The position numbers were made by a program, and so were the translations under genes. A stretch of DNA of 63,976 nt, the filler included, from Dimargaris cristalligena (Eukaryota), in the NCBI GenBank assembly GCA_003614675.1. It is 3 parts of 3 records of this genome, joined end to end, with 100 filler letters (N's around TTAATTAATTAA, not from the genome) between each part and the next. Parts side by side here need not be neighbours in the genome. Positions count along the whole stretch, not along the records: positions 1 to 23,265 come from ML002612.1; 2 more parts are not named here. One strand, given 5' to 3'. Below are positions 1-13,320 of the stretch, piece by piece (positions within the stretch are counted from its first letter, which is position 1; every line of letters starts with the position of its first letter). The notes under the pieces are model-generated. The model was not told the origin of the DNA. It worked only from the letters and a program-made list of their open reading frames with translations, and made no database searches.

Positions 1-240
1 AAAAACCGAACCAAATCATCTAGTGGATAACCACCCCCCCCCCCCATTGGAGACACTCGTCATCCGCATTCCAACCAACGGTATTCCGCCAGGCCAATCG
101 ACTTTCTTTGACGTATAGTTTGTTTCTAACCACCTTTATATCTCCTTTTGTTGATGGGCCCCATAGTTGCACAGCCACTACCGCTACCACCTCAAGTCCC
201 GTTCCCAAACCAGCACTGCTTTTTTGAAAGCCAACTCGGC

Positions 241-1305
241 ATGTCGTCCTTCCAGCGAGACCCCTCGCGGTCACCTACTGACTTGGAGATTCTGGAACAC
301 CAGCAGAGTGTTGTAGAGGCCCATACGTCTACCCAACTGCTTGTTGGACCCCAGGAGCCCCTGGCGGCCTTGGCCAAGGAGTACCGGGGCTCCGAGTCGT
401 TTCGCGCCCAAATCGAGGTAAGGTGTCTCTATTCCCCTTGCCCCCTTATAACCCCTCCACGGCTCACCGGACCTCGCCCTGCTATGCCAGCGGACACCCC
501 TATAGATAACCCACCGCCAATTACCAATTAGACTATGGAGATAGCCTCGGTAGCTAACTGTCTTAATCGCGGGTTGAATAATACCATATATGCATTATAT
601 ATACACACACCCATTGTTGGATACGCATCCGAGTAGCGGCTTACCCAGGACTACCAGGCCATCCGACGGTGCCGGGGGGATGGCAATTGTTTTTACCGGG
701 CCTTTGCAATGGGGTGGTATGAGGCGGTCCACTCCGACCCACGGCGATGCGCCCAGGCACTGCGCACCTTGGAAGAGTCGGCGGATTGCCTGCAGCAGGT
801 CGGCTTTGAGTCCCTCGTTTTCGAAGATTTTCTAAAGACCGCCACTGACACGCTGCACACTCTGCAGTGTACCAGCCGGGACAGTCCCGCTGATGCTGAG
901 GCCCTGTTGGAGCAATCCTTCCAGACGCCCGAAGTGTCCAACTCGATTGTAGTGTACCTGCGTATGCTCACCTCCGCTTTCCTTCGCCAACACCAGGATG
1001 ACTACCTGCCGTTTCTCGAAGGCGAACCGGATATGGTGCGCTTCTGCACCGGCCAGGTCGAGGCCATGGGGGTAGAGTCGGAGGAAATCCACCTAATAGC
1101 TCTGACGCGGGCTTTGGGGGTCAGTCTGAGGGTGGTGTATCTGGATGGCTCTCCCCGTGCATCCGAGTCGGGTCGCCCTGTGACCATCCACCCTTTCCCT
1201 AATGCGGAGGAGTGCGCGGCCAATGCATCGTCGGGGGTTGTTACCCTTCTTTATCGGCCCGGTCATTATGATTTAATATATCCTAATCACCCGACTAGTC
1301 AGTAG
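241..1305 (+). CDS. Otubain-family (OTU, peptidase C65) deubiquitinase; exons 241-417, 637-1305
   Basis: Splicing GAG|GTAAGG (418) to GTAG| (636) gives RLTQDYQAIRRCRGDGNCFYRAF, the OTU catalytic Cys motif. The C-terminus has LLYRPGHYD (catalytic His). Otubain-like LRMLTSAFL and MGVESEEIHLIAL segments are present. Confidence 0.92.
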
Positions 1306-3455
1306 ATAATTTACTATTAGCCTTTTTGGGGGTGTTTTATTCTTTGATTTGAAGCGTATTTACCTCGGCCGCCCTTTTATTTCCTATGGGATTATTCAAG
1401 GTTATTTCTAACCTGCCTTGCCAATGGGTGCAAACAGGGGTCTGGTCTGGTCTATCCTCTTCTAATTGACGTCAGAACCCCCCAGTGGTTCCGCTCCTTT
1501 GGCGATTCCTAGCGCTGCGGCAATTCATAACCAAGTCCACCGTATCCAACCCTCAGCCTTCGTCGCCGGCTTTACATACTTTGTTTTTTCCTCCTACCCA
1601 ATGCCGCTGAATAAATACCGACGGCTTTCCCAATCTATGAATAAAGGCATGCAATGCCCTCCCCACCTCTCCCGGGAAACGAGTTACTGTGTCGCCTATT
1701 ATATCTGTGAGTATCATTTAGTGACATGGGTGTCTTCCCGATTACTATTAGGGTTTCCCTATATTTACGGCGACAGGAAGCCCTTCCGCCCTCCGTGTCC
1801 CCCCGTTCTTCCTGAGCTCCCACAAGTAAGCCTATACCCCTACTGTCCTAAAGGCTCAATGCCTGCCAGGGCTGTTTTTTATTTTATTTTATCCCGACTG
1901 ATGCGGTATGGAGAAGATGACGGGGCTGTTGGTTACACAACAGATTATGGAATCACTCAGCCATGCTCAGAAGTGCGGTGGCTTGTCTGTAGTGATCCAC
2001 ACGTGGCTATTTATAAACTATCCTAGTAATGGTGTGATCACGTCAATAAATATTGGGGACTCCAGGGATGCCGCCGACGCTAATTCCTCGGCGGGTTCTG
2101 CAGTGGTTGGAGTGGCACCATGTGCCTTTTTTTTTTGGTAGGCCAGGCGGTGGTTCATGGGGGCGTTGACAAAGGGCCCTGTTTGACCAACTGAGCAACG
2201 GCTGGCGAGTAAAGCAATGGGCTGCACTGGTTATCTAGTAGCGGGAAAATAACCCAGCGAAGAATGGCATCGGCGAAAGAAAGAACCAAGGGGCGATCCG
2301 AGGCTGATTACGGATGATCAGCGCAGTGTGAGTCCTGAAGGCCAACACAATGAGTGGAGAACGGGAGGGCAGAGCGGTCGCTCAGATGGCACACTCTCTA
2401 TCAGCTAATCCGACACTGGTGGGCCCTGCCCCATTCGTACAAAATGCCGCCCACAGATTGGCTAGTCGGGTAATGCGGGGTGGTTGATTACAAGTGAATG
2501 CGCAAGAGGGAAGGGGAGAGAAAGAAAGAACCAAACACCCCTCTCTCTTGCAACTAAGCAGGTAGGCAGGTAGGTGGTATTGGGAGATAGGCCCAATCTC
2601 TATTTATCAGTAGCAGATTATATGCGCTACTGACACCAATGCTAATGTAGAGGGGATGATGCCCCTAATAAATGCATATATATCAATATCCCAATAAATA
2701 CTGGCATATATATAGAATTACATCACGCCTGTCTGTATGCGTATACATTTACATAGTATATATATGAAGCCCTCCCGCCCTTCTTGATTTCTCTCACTGC
2801 CAGCGCTCTTCCCCTTCCCCGCATAACTCCGTCTGTTTCGTATTGAATCGCCCACGCCCGGTTTCAAACCCCCTGTCCTCTCAGTAGTCGTTTCACCCCC
2901 GGTTCCTGCGTCCTTCCATCTAGTTGGTTCCACTGCCATTGGTGTGTATGGGTGTATAATTTATATAATAATCGGCGACATTTTACTCTATTTACGCTCC
3001 CAAAGTCTGTCGTCTACTTTACGAAGCCTTCCTCAATTGGTGTCGTTACCTTATACCCTCTCTTTCTTTCCCTTTTCCACTGCGGGGTTTTTTTAAAATT
3101 AATATACAAACATATCATATTTGTTAAGCCCGAATTCCTATTGCTTTGTTTCGTACCGCTATTTGTTTGGACTGCTATACCCCTGTTGCTCCACTTCCAT
3201 TCCCCCTCTGTCACCTAACGCTCCAATCCAGTCAGCTCTCGGCTCCCTTAGAGACTCTTCAATAACCCCACTACGCAGATCATTGGCTTACCCCCCGTGG
3301 TTCCATTTCCAGTAGCTTGATACTCCGAGATCACCCCCACCTACCTCTATTATACGCCCTGGTCAGAGAACTCGATTTGTCTCAAGCCCGGCCCACTTAC
3401 CCCTAACGGTGTCCCCTCATACCCCTTGTGTTTATTTTGGTTTTCGTAATACGCC

Positions 3456-4673
3456 ATGACGCACGCCCAAGCCACCCCGACTGCCAGTGCCTCCTCTGCC
3501 CCGGTCGACCCCCGACCCCTGATTATGGTCACCGGAGGTGCCGGCTTCATCGGGTCCCACACCCTGGTGGAACTCATCCAGAGCGGCTATGACGTCGTGG
3601 TCGTGGACAGTTTCGTCAATAGTTGCATGGAGGCCATCCGTCGGGTGGAAAAGATCGTCGGCCGCGCCGTGGACTTCCACCAGGTCGATATCTGTGACCG
3701 TGAAGCTCTCGATGCTCTTTTCCAGAAGTACTACTATACCCCGGCGGGTAAGGCCCTGCCCCCGCCCCACGGCGGGCCCAGATCCGTCTCCACCGTCCCC
3801 GCCCCCCTGTGCCGGATCACCACCGTCATTCACTTTGCCGCCCTCAAGGCCGTGGGCGAATCGGTCAAGCAGCCTCTCCGCTATTACGAAAACAACATTT
3901 CGGGCACCTTGGCCCTCATGGGGGTCATGGAGAAGCACGGTGTGCGCCAGGTGGTGTTTTCCTCCTCGGCCACCGTGTACGGTAACGTCAACTGCCCCGC
4001 CTTCACCGAAACCGACTCTACCGGCAACGTGGTCAACCCGTACGGGCGCACCAAAATGTTCATGGAACACATTATCCGGGACATGTGCGTGGCCCACCCT
4101 GGCTGGCGCGCCATCCTGTTGCGTTACTTCAACCCCGTGGGGGCCCACTCGAGCGGTACCATTGGGGAAGACCCACTGGGCTACCCCAACAATCTGATGC
4201 CCTTCATTTGTCAGGTCGCCGTGGGCAAGCGGGCCAAGGTCAACGTCTTTGGCAACGACTACCCCACCTTAGACGGGAGCGGGGTCCGCGACTATATCCA
4301 TGTTACCGATCTGGCCCAAGGTCACGTTCTGGCTGTCAACAAGCTGCTGCGGGACGAGAAGGACCACCCTCTGGTGGTGGCTGGCCGGGATGAACTGGAG
4401 CTCGAGAGTACGGTAGACGATCGCTGCCTAGTCTATAACCTAGGTAGCGGGGTTGGGCGGACGGTCGTTGAGGTGATCGAGTGCTTTGCCAAGGTCAACA
4501 ACCACGCCATTCCCTGGGTGTTCGCCCCCCGCCGGCCCGGTGATGTGGCCCGCCTGGTGTGCAACCCCGCCAAGGCCGAGCGGGAATTGGGATTCAAGAC
4601 CACCTATTCGCTTGAGGATATGTGCCGCGATGCCTGGAGATGGCAGTCCATGAACCCCAACGGCTTCCGTTAA
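3456..4673 (+). CDS. GAL10: UDP-glucose 4-epimerase (GalE/Gal10 epimerase domain), intronless
   Basis: TGGAGFIGSHT NAD-binding motif, HFAALKAVGES, FSSSATVYG, YGRTK (YxxxK), LRYFNPVGAH, RDYIHV and the C-terminal WRWQSMNPNGF. Confidence 0.96.
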   Translation: MTHAQATPTASASSAPVDPRPLIMVTGGAGFIGSHTLVELIQSGYDVVVVDSFVNSCMEAIRRVEKIVGRAVDFHQVDICDREALDALFQKYYYTPAGKALPPPHGGPRSVSTVPAPLCRITTVIHFAALKAVGESVKQPLRYYENNISGTLALMGVMEKHGVRQVVFSSSATVYGNVNCPAFTETDSTGNVVNPYGRTKMFMEHIIRDMCVAHPGWRAILLRYFNPVGAHSSGTIGEDPLGYPNNLMPFICQVAVGKRAKVNVFGNDYPTLDGSGVRDYIHVTDLAQGHVLAVNKLLRDEKDHPLVVAGRDELELESTVDDRCLVYNLGSGVGRTVVEVIECFAKVNNHAIPWVFAPRRPGDVARLVCNPAKAERELGFKTTYSLEDMCRDAWRWQSMNPNGFR

Positions 4674-6630
4674 ATCGCCAGCTCCCCGTACTAGTCACCA
4701 GGCTTTGTGGGCCCACACAGAGCCCTCCCCCTCCGCCTCCGACATACTCAATTCTCCGTAGATACTTGTTAGTTAGCTGATTTCGTACGGACCGAATGTT
4801 TAATTCTGTACTCCGTCTTTCAATGATCAATGTTTGAGAGAGGGCCTGCAATAGTAGACGTTCGAGCGGCTTTAGTTATACCGGCCGCTGTGCCCCCCTA
4901 GTTTAACTCCCTTTAGTTTTTGATAATACTACCCTACCCCCTTTCCAGTGTTTTTACGTCTACGCATACCCAAACGTACTCTCAAATTTCTATCATACTG
5001 TATAGGACCATGCCATCCGTCCGACTTGCTGCTGCCTTTTGTGGCACCTTGTTTGGCTTGGATTGGCTGGTTTTTGATGATGTGTTTTCTTTTGTCCTTG
5101 CATATCCATGGGAAGGAGGTCGGCGCGGGTGGAAATCGTTATTGTGTGACCCTTTTGAGCCGGATCTATTCTCATTTCGATATACATTTATATTTCCAAT
5201 CATGATGGCAGTCCCCTTTCGGGGTTAATTAATATTCACACACATATATAAATAGGATTCGCATGAATAATAAACCCAAGAACTTATGACCTACTAAGTC
5301 GAAACAATTTTCGGTCGAGTCTCCATGGTTTATTTACTTCACTTTCGGGATTGACCCTTCAAAACCGGGGTGGGCGATTACAATTAGACCTGGGCGCGAT
5401 CGATGATGCTGACTTGGCTAATATTTACCAGCAGTTCGCTATTCTCGAGCGAGATTCAATGGGGATGAATCCCTGGCAAAACAAAAAAGAACGTACACAA
5501 TGAAGTTGGGTCAAACACATAACAAACGAGTGAAGGAAAGGGGGGACTTACTCGCAAGTGGGAAAATCTGTTGTGGCGCATCAACAAAGTGGTTTGTGGG
5601 TACCGCCGATTTGAGTATAGTAAACCCACATGGGAGAAATTCAACCAGGCTGCATAACGAAAAATCCGTTGGATGAGGTAAATACTACTGGTTAAAGCTG
5701 AATCACTCGCCTATTCTCCCTTATGCATATCATTTAAAACCTTGCCCAGTTGGGCCGAATTTCACCCATATAGATGTATGCACCAAAATAACCAGTGGTG
5801 AATACGTCCGTGCTACTCTTTTGTAATGATACTAAGATTCAAATCAGGTAAGCACGGTGTGTTTCTTGTTTAATATGTGAAAAAAAACCACCTTTTGAAT
5901 TGATACCAGTTTCATGTGAATGGAAAGGATAGTGGGTTGTTCACAAAGGGTGTTGAGCAATATGGAGGCGGCTATTTATTAAAAAAAAGGCGATATAAGT
6001 TAGCGATTCAAAATAGTTAAGGTCATTTCTTATCAGGACTGCAAATCCAAATGACTACTTAATTTTAGTAGTCATATCCTTTATGGACTTCTCCAATTTC
6101 TTTTGGTAGATTTGATATCACTTGGGAACATAATTATGCTAATACTAAGGTGCTGTGAAGCCTGGCGCTTGCGCTGGCGTAAATCTTCGCAGTGGTGGCC
6201 CTCTTCGTCCACCAAATACCGGAGTGTAACAGTCTGGCTGCTAGCATCCCAATCTAAGGCGTAGATGAGGTGTGGTGATAATTTGACTAAGCCGCTCGAA
6301 ATAGCCCGGGAATTTTTTTGATAATTCTGTTTTTCCCTTTGTTTTCTATTCAGTTTAGTGATGGTTGGCAAATTTCGAAATAACGCTTTTATATATGTGT
6401 AGAGTCTAAACTTCCACTTTGTATCCAACTATTGGGGGACCATGTCCAATGGCTGTTGAGGGAATACCCTCTTAGAAAGATCCCAGCATCTCATAATTAC
6501 TACGTCGAGTAATTCCTGGTCCAATTGGGTCGCATAATCGAGACTCCCGCCTGTGGATCGACTGTAATATGTCTTCCAGACATTGTCACTGGTTTGGCCT
6601 GGTTGTAATCCGGCAAGTTGAATTTTCGAG

Positions 6631-7498
6631 TTAGTGCTGACTGAAAATCCAACTGTAACCCCCGGGTTCGCCTAAATTGCTAGCCCTGGCCATAGTATCG
6701 TGGTAATTGTCCGTGGTCAAATCTTGGGGCGTTACCATTGCGCTAGCCTCTTGGTTAATGGGAAACCCTCCATCTGCTTGATGATAGGATTCCAATGAAT
6801 TCCGCTGTGTCCCGTATTGCCCTAATTGAAATCCGGTAGGCTGACTTACCAAGCCGACGCCGACTGATGGTCCAAATGGAACCTCGGGTGTACCGGAATA
6901 TCCCGTCGCAGCCATGTCATAGTCGTAATCGTCCACGGCTAAACCTTGGGATGCCTCCATAGAGTTAACCTCTTGGGTAACAGGAATCTCCTCCACCCCA
7001 TGATAGTAGTATTCCATTGGATTCTGTGGAGCCTGGTTTTGCCCAGGATTAAGGCCGTCACCTTGATTATGACTTTGTGTTTCATGGTCAGCCAAAATAC
7101 CTAGCCAACCAGAATCGTTAGGGTCAGGAAAACTGGTTTCGGCAAACTCCGAGCCATCGTTAGGCATCGCCTGGAGCAGTTCCAAATTGGGGTTGTTTGG
7201 GTTAAGGTGGCCAGTATCGAAAAACCCCTGCCAGTTAGGCTCGTAAGGGGTGGGGTTATGGGCTTCGAACAGTGCCGAGTCAGCGTAAGACATCGCCAGG
7301 ATTTGTTGCCAATCTTGTCCACCACTTTCGCTTTGGCCATGCTTTTGGAGAGTGGAGGGGGATAGACTGAATGGGGTGGAGATAATAGGAACGAAGGGCA
7401 CTATGCCAAAAACAAGGCTGGTAAATCGAGTCGAAGGTGAGGGGGGGGTAGATACTTACTAATGCGGCCGAAGTGTAGTGGTAATACGATATTGTCAT
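6631..7498 (-). CDS. Orphan acidic Q/N/G-rich protein, possibly a degenerating gene; tentative exons 7498-7460, 7341-6631
   Basis: A 256-codon open frame lacks an in-frame ATG at its 5' end. ATG 7498 plus a GTAAGT donor at 7459 and an AAG acceptor at 7342 would splice into it in frame. No recognisable domain. Confidence 0.35.
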
Positions 7499-10348
7499 CT
7501 GGATAAAAAGAGGGAATTGCTCTTCCTTTTATCATAATTCGGTAAGCGTCGCACATAGGTATAATAGATTTAATACATCGGGTCAAGTAATACTTTGCGA
7601 TGAGGAAATGGCATTGCTCAAGGAACACAAACCCAACCTGGCCACAGGGGTATATGGAATAAATATCAAAGTAACAGTGTCCAAAGGACGTGAGAAGGGG
7701 GGCTGCAGCTGTTGGTGCTCGTTAATATATAATTAATATAAATCGGTTCGAAAGGTCCTGGGTAGAAAACAGCGATCACTTTCGGTATTCATTCACTGCC
7801 TTCAATCTACAAAAAAAATCGATTCAGATGTTTTGCCATTGATGTTTAAAGATTCTCCCCTTATAATACATAGGGTCTAGTCGACTATTAGGTACCAGGA
7901 AAGTTGGGTGGGATAGTGGATATCTCATTCAGCGGACATGGGCCCTCCACTTCAGGATGCTAATCAGCTCCTGTAGGCCCAGAGATAGTCAAAAATGTCT
8001 ATACATACTGTTGCTCCTAACTATGGAAATTAGCAACACTGCTTCGACTCTGGAATTTTACTTGGGACAATTTTTTGAACCCTTCATGTTCCCTATATTA
8101 CTACTATATATCTGACTCCCTCTTTATGTCGTTGTTCAATTTAGGGGAAAACGTAGTATAGCCCTATTTATCGAAGTAATACATCTAAACTAGCACATAG
8201 GCTAACCAACCAACCATACCCGCGGAGGGCATGGAATCTTATGGTATTTAACATGAATATAGTCTTGTCAAGATAATTCATTCATAAGATGGGGTTTTCA
8301 GGTAGTAAATGAGAGGTTGGCACTTGGGGGCTGCAAAGCAATGAATAGCAGCCCAATGAAGTGAGGGGAGCACAGTATCGGGATGTGCAATGGTATCAAG
8401 ACCCTATGGTCATACAAATGCGATGGTTAAGTAAACGACGGCATATGAATACAGAACGAGGGACAGGACGTAATTAGGGTGATGGTGGCAAAACCCATGG
8501 TCCAGTCATGTTTCAGTGATGACAGGGGGCACTTGAAGGTCGGACAACCCAAGCGGCTGTAGTACGACGGTTAATCGAGACTTGTGAATATGAGATCCAT
8601 CAATTTGACCCCAATCTATATTTGGCCATATGTACTACTTTCCCCATGACATATTCCAGATTGGCACTTACCACATAGCTTTGGCGACTTAATTTGAGTG
8701 CCGTTGTAGTTGAATGAGTCCCATTAAACTGCACTGAGAGAGTACGGGCACACTAGCGTAATTGAGATTCGGTAACATCGTATACGCAAATGATAGTTGG
8801 CAGACTAGCTGGTAGGTTGAAGTAGACAAACTTGACAGACAATATTATCCGGCGAAAGCTTATACTACATATAGTAAACCGGATGTCACCGGGAATATCC
8901 TCGCCTTGGTTGGAATATAGGATGTCATATGATACATTGGAGGCAGTTTACCAATGCTGAAAGTGGATGGTAGGTGCAATTAGGCCTTCCTGAAACTATT
9001 CAAATGATCATTTAGAGAAAACAGGGGCTGCAAGTTGCATCATTAAATTCCCGTAATTGGTCTTTTTGAGTTGGTTACAAAAATATAACATAGTATTTGG
9101 TATAAAATGAAGTCGCGGGCATGGGACAACTAGCCCGCGATAACTCGGTTGGACAGGGACACTAAGTTCCAATAGTACGCATTACCATTCTCAGATCATG
9201 TTCTATAGATTGTATTGGCGTTTGGGCTGTGGCGGTTTCCAAAAGGTCTTAGATAACACATTTCTCATGCTTATTTGAATTATATCGACTAATGCATTTA
9301 TGAATTCGGATCCCTTTTTAAGTGACAGTTCAAGTCTATGAAGGGTGGTTGGCTATTTTATCATTGTAGATTTTACTTACAACAGTTCTAAGTTAATATC
9401 GTTAGTTTGCCTTGAGGAACTTATAGGTTTAGCCAAATAAATATATTAGTGTTATCTTAGTTAATACATTGCCTTTTCATACTTCTACTCGTGAGCTGAA
9501 CTATTTGCTTGTTCATCCAGGGCAAATTTTTAAGTAGGCAAGCGGGCATACTTGTCGCACAGGTTAGCCACTCTTAATCAACTAAGAGTTCATGTGGGTT
9601 AGCTTCTATCGGGTACAGTATTGGGGGCACTATTGCCCAATGCTTATGTACTTAATATATGCAGGGGATGTCAGTATAAAGATAATACATGTTATCAGGT
9701 GCGAAATTACAGTCAGGGATTGAGTATATAGGGGTTTATAAGATCAACAGAGGAAAGTATAAGTAACGGAATTAATAGGTTATACCCGGTATAGGACATT
9801 AAGATATTTGGACAATTCTGCGAGGTCATCTAGAAAGGCATACTAAAGGGAATGTGTTGGAGGCAAGTAGTATCTGGAAAACTCTGATGGGAATAGAGGA
9901 GTCTTCGGATTTATACTTCAGAGTAAATCGAAGATTTCGATGGTAACAGCTGGGAGGTAAACTAGGAGATCCCCGTGGAAATGGGTATTAATATGGGAAA
10001 ATGCTATAAAATATTGAGACTTAATATAGGTTATTGACTCCAAAAAATCCCAACTCTAATAAATTAGATAAGCTGACACAACAGGTATATATCTGGGAGA
10101 AGCTCAATATGACAGTTGCATTGAGCTTCTACCACATTGGCGTTGACCAAGGCCGTTAGTGGATATGTAATATATTTATCTATATCTATATATATATATT
10201 TAGAGAACAAGTGAAGCCCCAGAAAGGGAATAATGGACACGGGGCACGGGAAACGTAAATCCTCATATATATTGCCTTTTTTTTTAGCATCACCAGTGGA
10301 TACAAACATCACAGCAGGTAGAGAGTGCATGAAAGAAAGAAGTATGGG

Positions 10349-12550
10349 TTAATGGGAGATTTCGTCCACTTTGCTCTTGTGGATCATAAATGCTGGGGTA
10401 ACCCAGCGACTGCACGAGCAGGAGGAGCCCGCCCAGTCGTATGCACCCAATTTGGTCCCGCACTTGGAGCAGTCGATTCGACCTTCATGGGTTCCGTTGT
10501 GGGCTCCATCAATCCACTTCATGGGCTCCACAAAGTAGGACGAGCACGGGGCTGAGGGACCTTTTGTTTGGGTAGAACTAGGGGGAGTTGGGAGAGCAGT
10601 CTGCAGATAGCGACGCTCTGTGAACATTGCATTACTGGTTTCACTTATGGGTTGAATAATGTATTGGGGCTAATGGGATAGATGTTGGGAAAAGGAGGGG
10701 GGTGAGGCAATAAAAAACGCACGTACTGTGTGAATATACGGACCAAATAGCGTATATTACAATTGTTTACACGAGTAGATGGAGACTGATGTAATCCTAT
10801 AGGAGCTTAGTATGTAGTTGTTATAGGAGGGGCATGGGTGGCGATGGACTCGAGCTCAGGTGCTAAAAAAAATTGTCGAAAAAGGGGTGGCCTACTTGGT
10901 TGTGGTTTTTATGTCCAGTGAAGCTTTTGGTAGCGGCCGGGGCGTGCTCAACGACAAAGTCGTCGTTGAAGAGTACGTGACGGCACTTCTTGCAGCGATA
11001 ACCTGTCTTGCCACCGGTTGCGGCGAGGGCAGCAGCCGGGGCCGGGGATGTATGGGATGGCCCGGCCGTGGACATTACAGTTACGGGAATGTTGATGTGC
11101 TGATCGGGACGGTAGGTTGGGCTATTCGGCTTAGTGGGAACGGGCCGGGTAGCTGGGTGGGGGATGATGGATATGATGATGTTTAGATTATGTTTAGTCG
11201 GCCGAAGAAACAGGAAAGGGATTGAGAATGTATGGTGAGGAAGGGTTAGTTTTTGGATGGATTAAAGAGTTAAAGTCCAGTGCACTGACGTCGTTAAAAT
11301 GGGGAAGAGCTTACCTCGCTTGGTTTCCGCTTCTCGCGCGGCTTCATAGCGGCGGTAGGTGGCGTGGTTGGAACCGACTTCACAACCCATCGACTCGTAC
11401 ATTTGCAGTTGCTTGTAGAATCCGGGGTTGGGTCTAAAATGATTCAAATATACCAATAAATTATAGGGTTGGCTGAGTTGGGGAGCAGCAGGAAAAATAC
11501 AATGCGGTCATAGTACTTGGGGGGAGGGAAAAACTAGCGGCAATGAAATAATGGCACCGGTGTTTCAAGAACTTGGCAATAGCCGCAACAATAACATAGC
11601 ACTGGAAATGGGAATGGGAATAAAGAGGGAGAGCAAGTGAAAAAAAAAAGAGAGAGAGAGAAAAGGGAAGCTGGATAAGGGAAAAATAATTCCTAAACGG
11701 TAGGCGCGGCTATGAGGGTAGCACCAATGACCAGGCGATGTGGGGAATTAACATTTGGACCAGGTAGAGAATAGGAGAGAGAGAGGAATTGGCTGTACAA
11801 TTCTATCAACTGGCTCACTTACTGGATGAAATCCCGCTTTTCTTGCACCAGGCTGTAGGCTTCCTTTAGAGGCATCTCCAGAGACTTCATAATGTACGCA
11901 ATGACCACGGAGGCGCTGCGGGAAATACCCGCCATACTTTTGGCAGGGAGGAGCAGGTCACGTACATAGGCAAGTAGACCGACATAATGATGCATACGGC
12001 ATTGGGCAAATGAGAATATATCTGAGCCTTGTGCGAGGGGAGACTAACCATGGATCAAACCGACGAGGAAAGAGGAGGCCGAGGGAGAGACGCGAACAAT
12101 GCCAGACCATAAAGTACCGGAAAATAAAGTAAAATATAGCGTAATGAAATATAGGGCACCTACCAATGGACTAGTACATTGCCCCCGCCGCGAATGGCAT
12201 TCCAAATGAATGGGTGGGTTTTGGGAAAGTACTGCTGAATGTTCTCGGAGGGGTCGTCGTCAATGTCAATGCAGTAGTATTGGAACTGCTGGGGGAACCG
12301 GGGGGACAGGTACGAACCAACACAGAGGATGTGGGTGATGTTGGCCTGGCGGAGGAAGCGCATGTCGGAGGCGGCGTCATAGCTGGAGGAGGAGAGGTCA
12401 CAAATCACTGGCAGGGGAAAAGTAAGTCACTTGCTACGGACAAGGAAGGCGGGTGATTCAAAAGGACCAAGTGGGTACAGATAAAATATAGGCCCTTTTT
12501 ACTTACTTTCCCAAGTACAGGTGCGGAAGAATGAGGTGAGCGTCGGCCAT
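10349..12550 (-). CDS. YVH1: Dual-specificity phosphatase YVH1/DUSP12 with C-terminal Zn-binding domain; exons 12550-12507, 12382-12164, 11936-11823, 11433-11315, 11152-10896, 10669-10349
   Basis: The spliced product has ILPHLYLG, the VLVHC-MAGISRS (HCx5R) catalytic loop and QPNPGFYKQL. The YVH1 zinc domain reads YRCKKCR...CSSYFVEPMKW...CSKCGTKLGAYDWAGSSCSCSRWVTPAF. Splice phases are consistent. Confidence 0.93.
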
Positions 12551-13320
12551 AGTAGCGGAGTTAAGGAGGGGGATAGTTGAAATGCTAAACAGGCAGCGAC
12601 TAGGCAGAATAGAATATAAATTGAACAAGTGAAAAGAGGGAAATAAAGAGAGAGAGAGAGAGGGAGACACTAGCTAAGGCAGATAATCCAGGTCACTCGA
12701 AAGTGCATATAGAGAGGGGACTGTCGGGCTGAAAACGAAGGGGAGGCGAGTCTATATGCTGACACTAAATCCAGGGCTTTTTATAAATGCGCGGGGTAGC
12801 ATACTAGAACTAGAGAGAGTGTGTGTCGCAAAGGCCGATTTCTCTTTCCCTTTGGCCACTGACTAAGGCCGGGATGAAACACCCTAGGGCGTTCCCCAAC
12901 AGTAGTCAGGGAACTGCAGGCCCTGGGATCAGCCTCTACTGTACGGCAATGACCAACAGATTCGTATTGGGCACCCTACTGCCTTGGCCAGCTAGGTGGT
13001 GTGGTTTTCGTTAAAGACCGACGATGCAGTCCACGAATCTTCTGCAGGTCGGATGCGGGGCGTCTCTAATGAATCGGCCACGCCAACCACCTTTCAAGGG
13101 TATATATATATGTATATAATTATTTGTATGTCCACCACAATCCCATTCATCTATGCTCATACCAACGCCCAACGACTCCGCAGAATGATCCAAGTATTTA
13201 CTCCAGCGGTGGTTTGAGGGTCTTTAATGCCCCCGATGGCGCTGAATATATCTTTAATGTGCATCAATTTGGAAAGGGGGGTCACAATAGGGTTTATAAT
13301 CATTTACGAAATCAAAACTA

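Noticed and set aside
3748..3781. GTAAGG...CCCAG inside the epimerase insertion as a possible intron
   Set aside because: Only 34 nt, no branch point, and removal would shift the frame.
10746..10759. 14-nt match to a conserved 18S rRNA segment (AATAGCGTATATTA), antisense within a YVH1 intron, suggesting a C/D snoRNA guide
   Set aside because: No adjacent D box (CTGA) or upstream C box. It is one arm of a short local inverted repeat and is probably chance.
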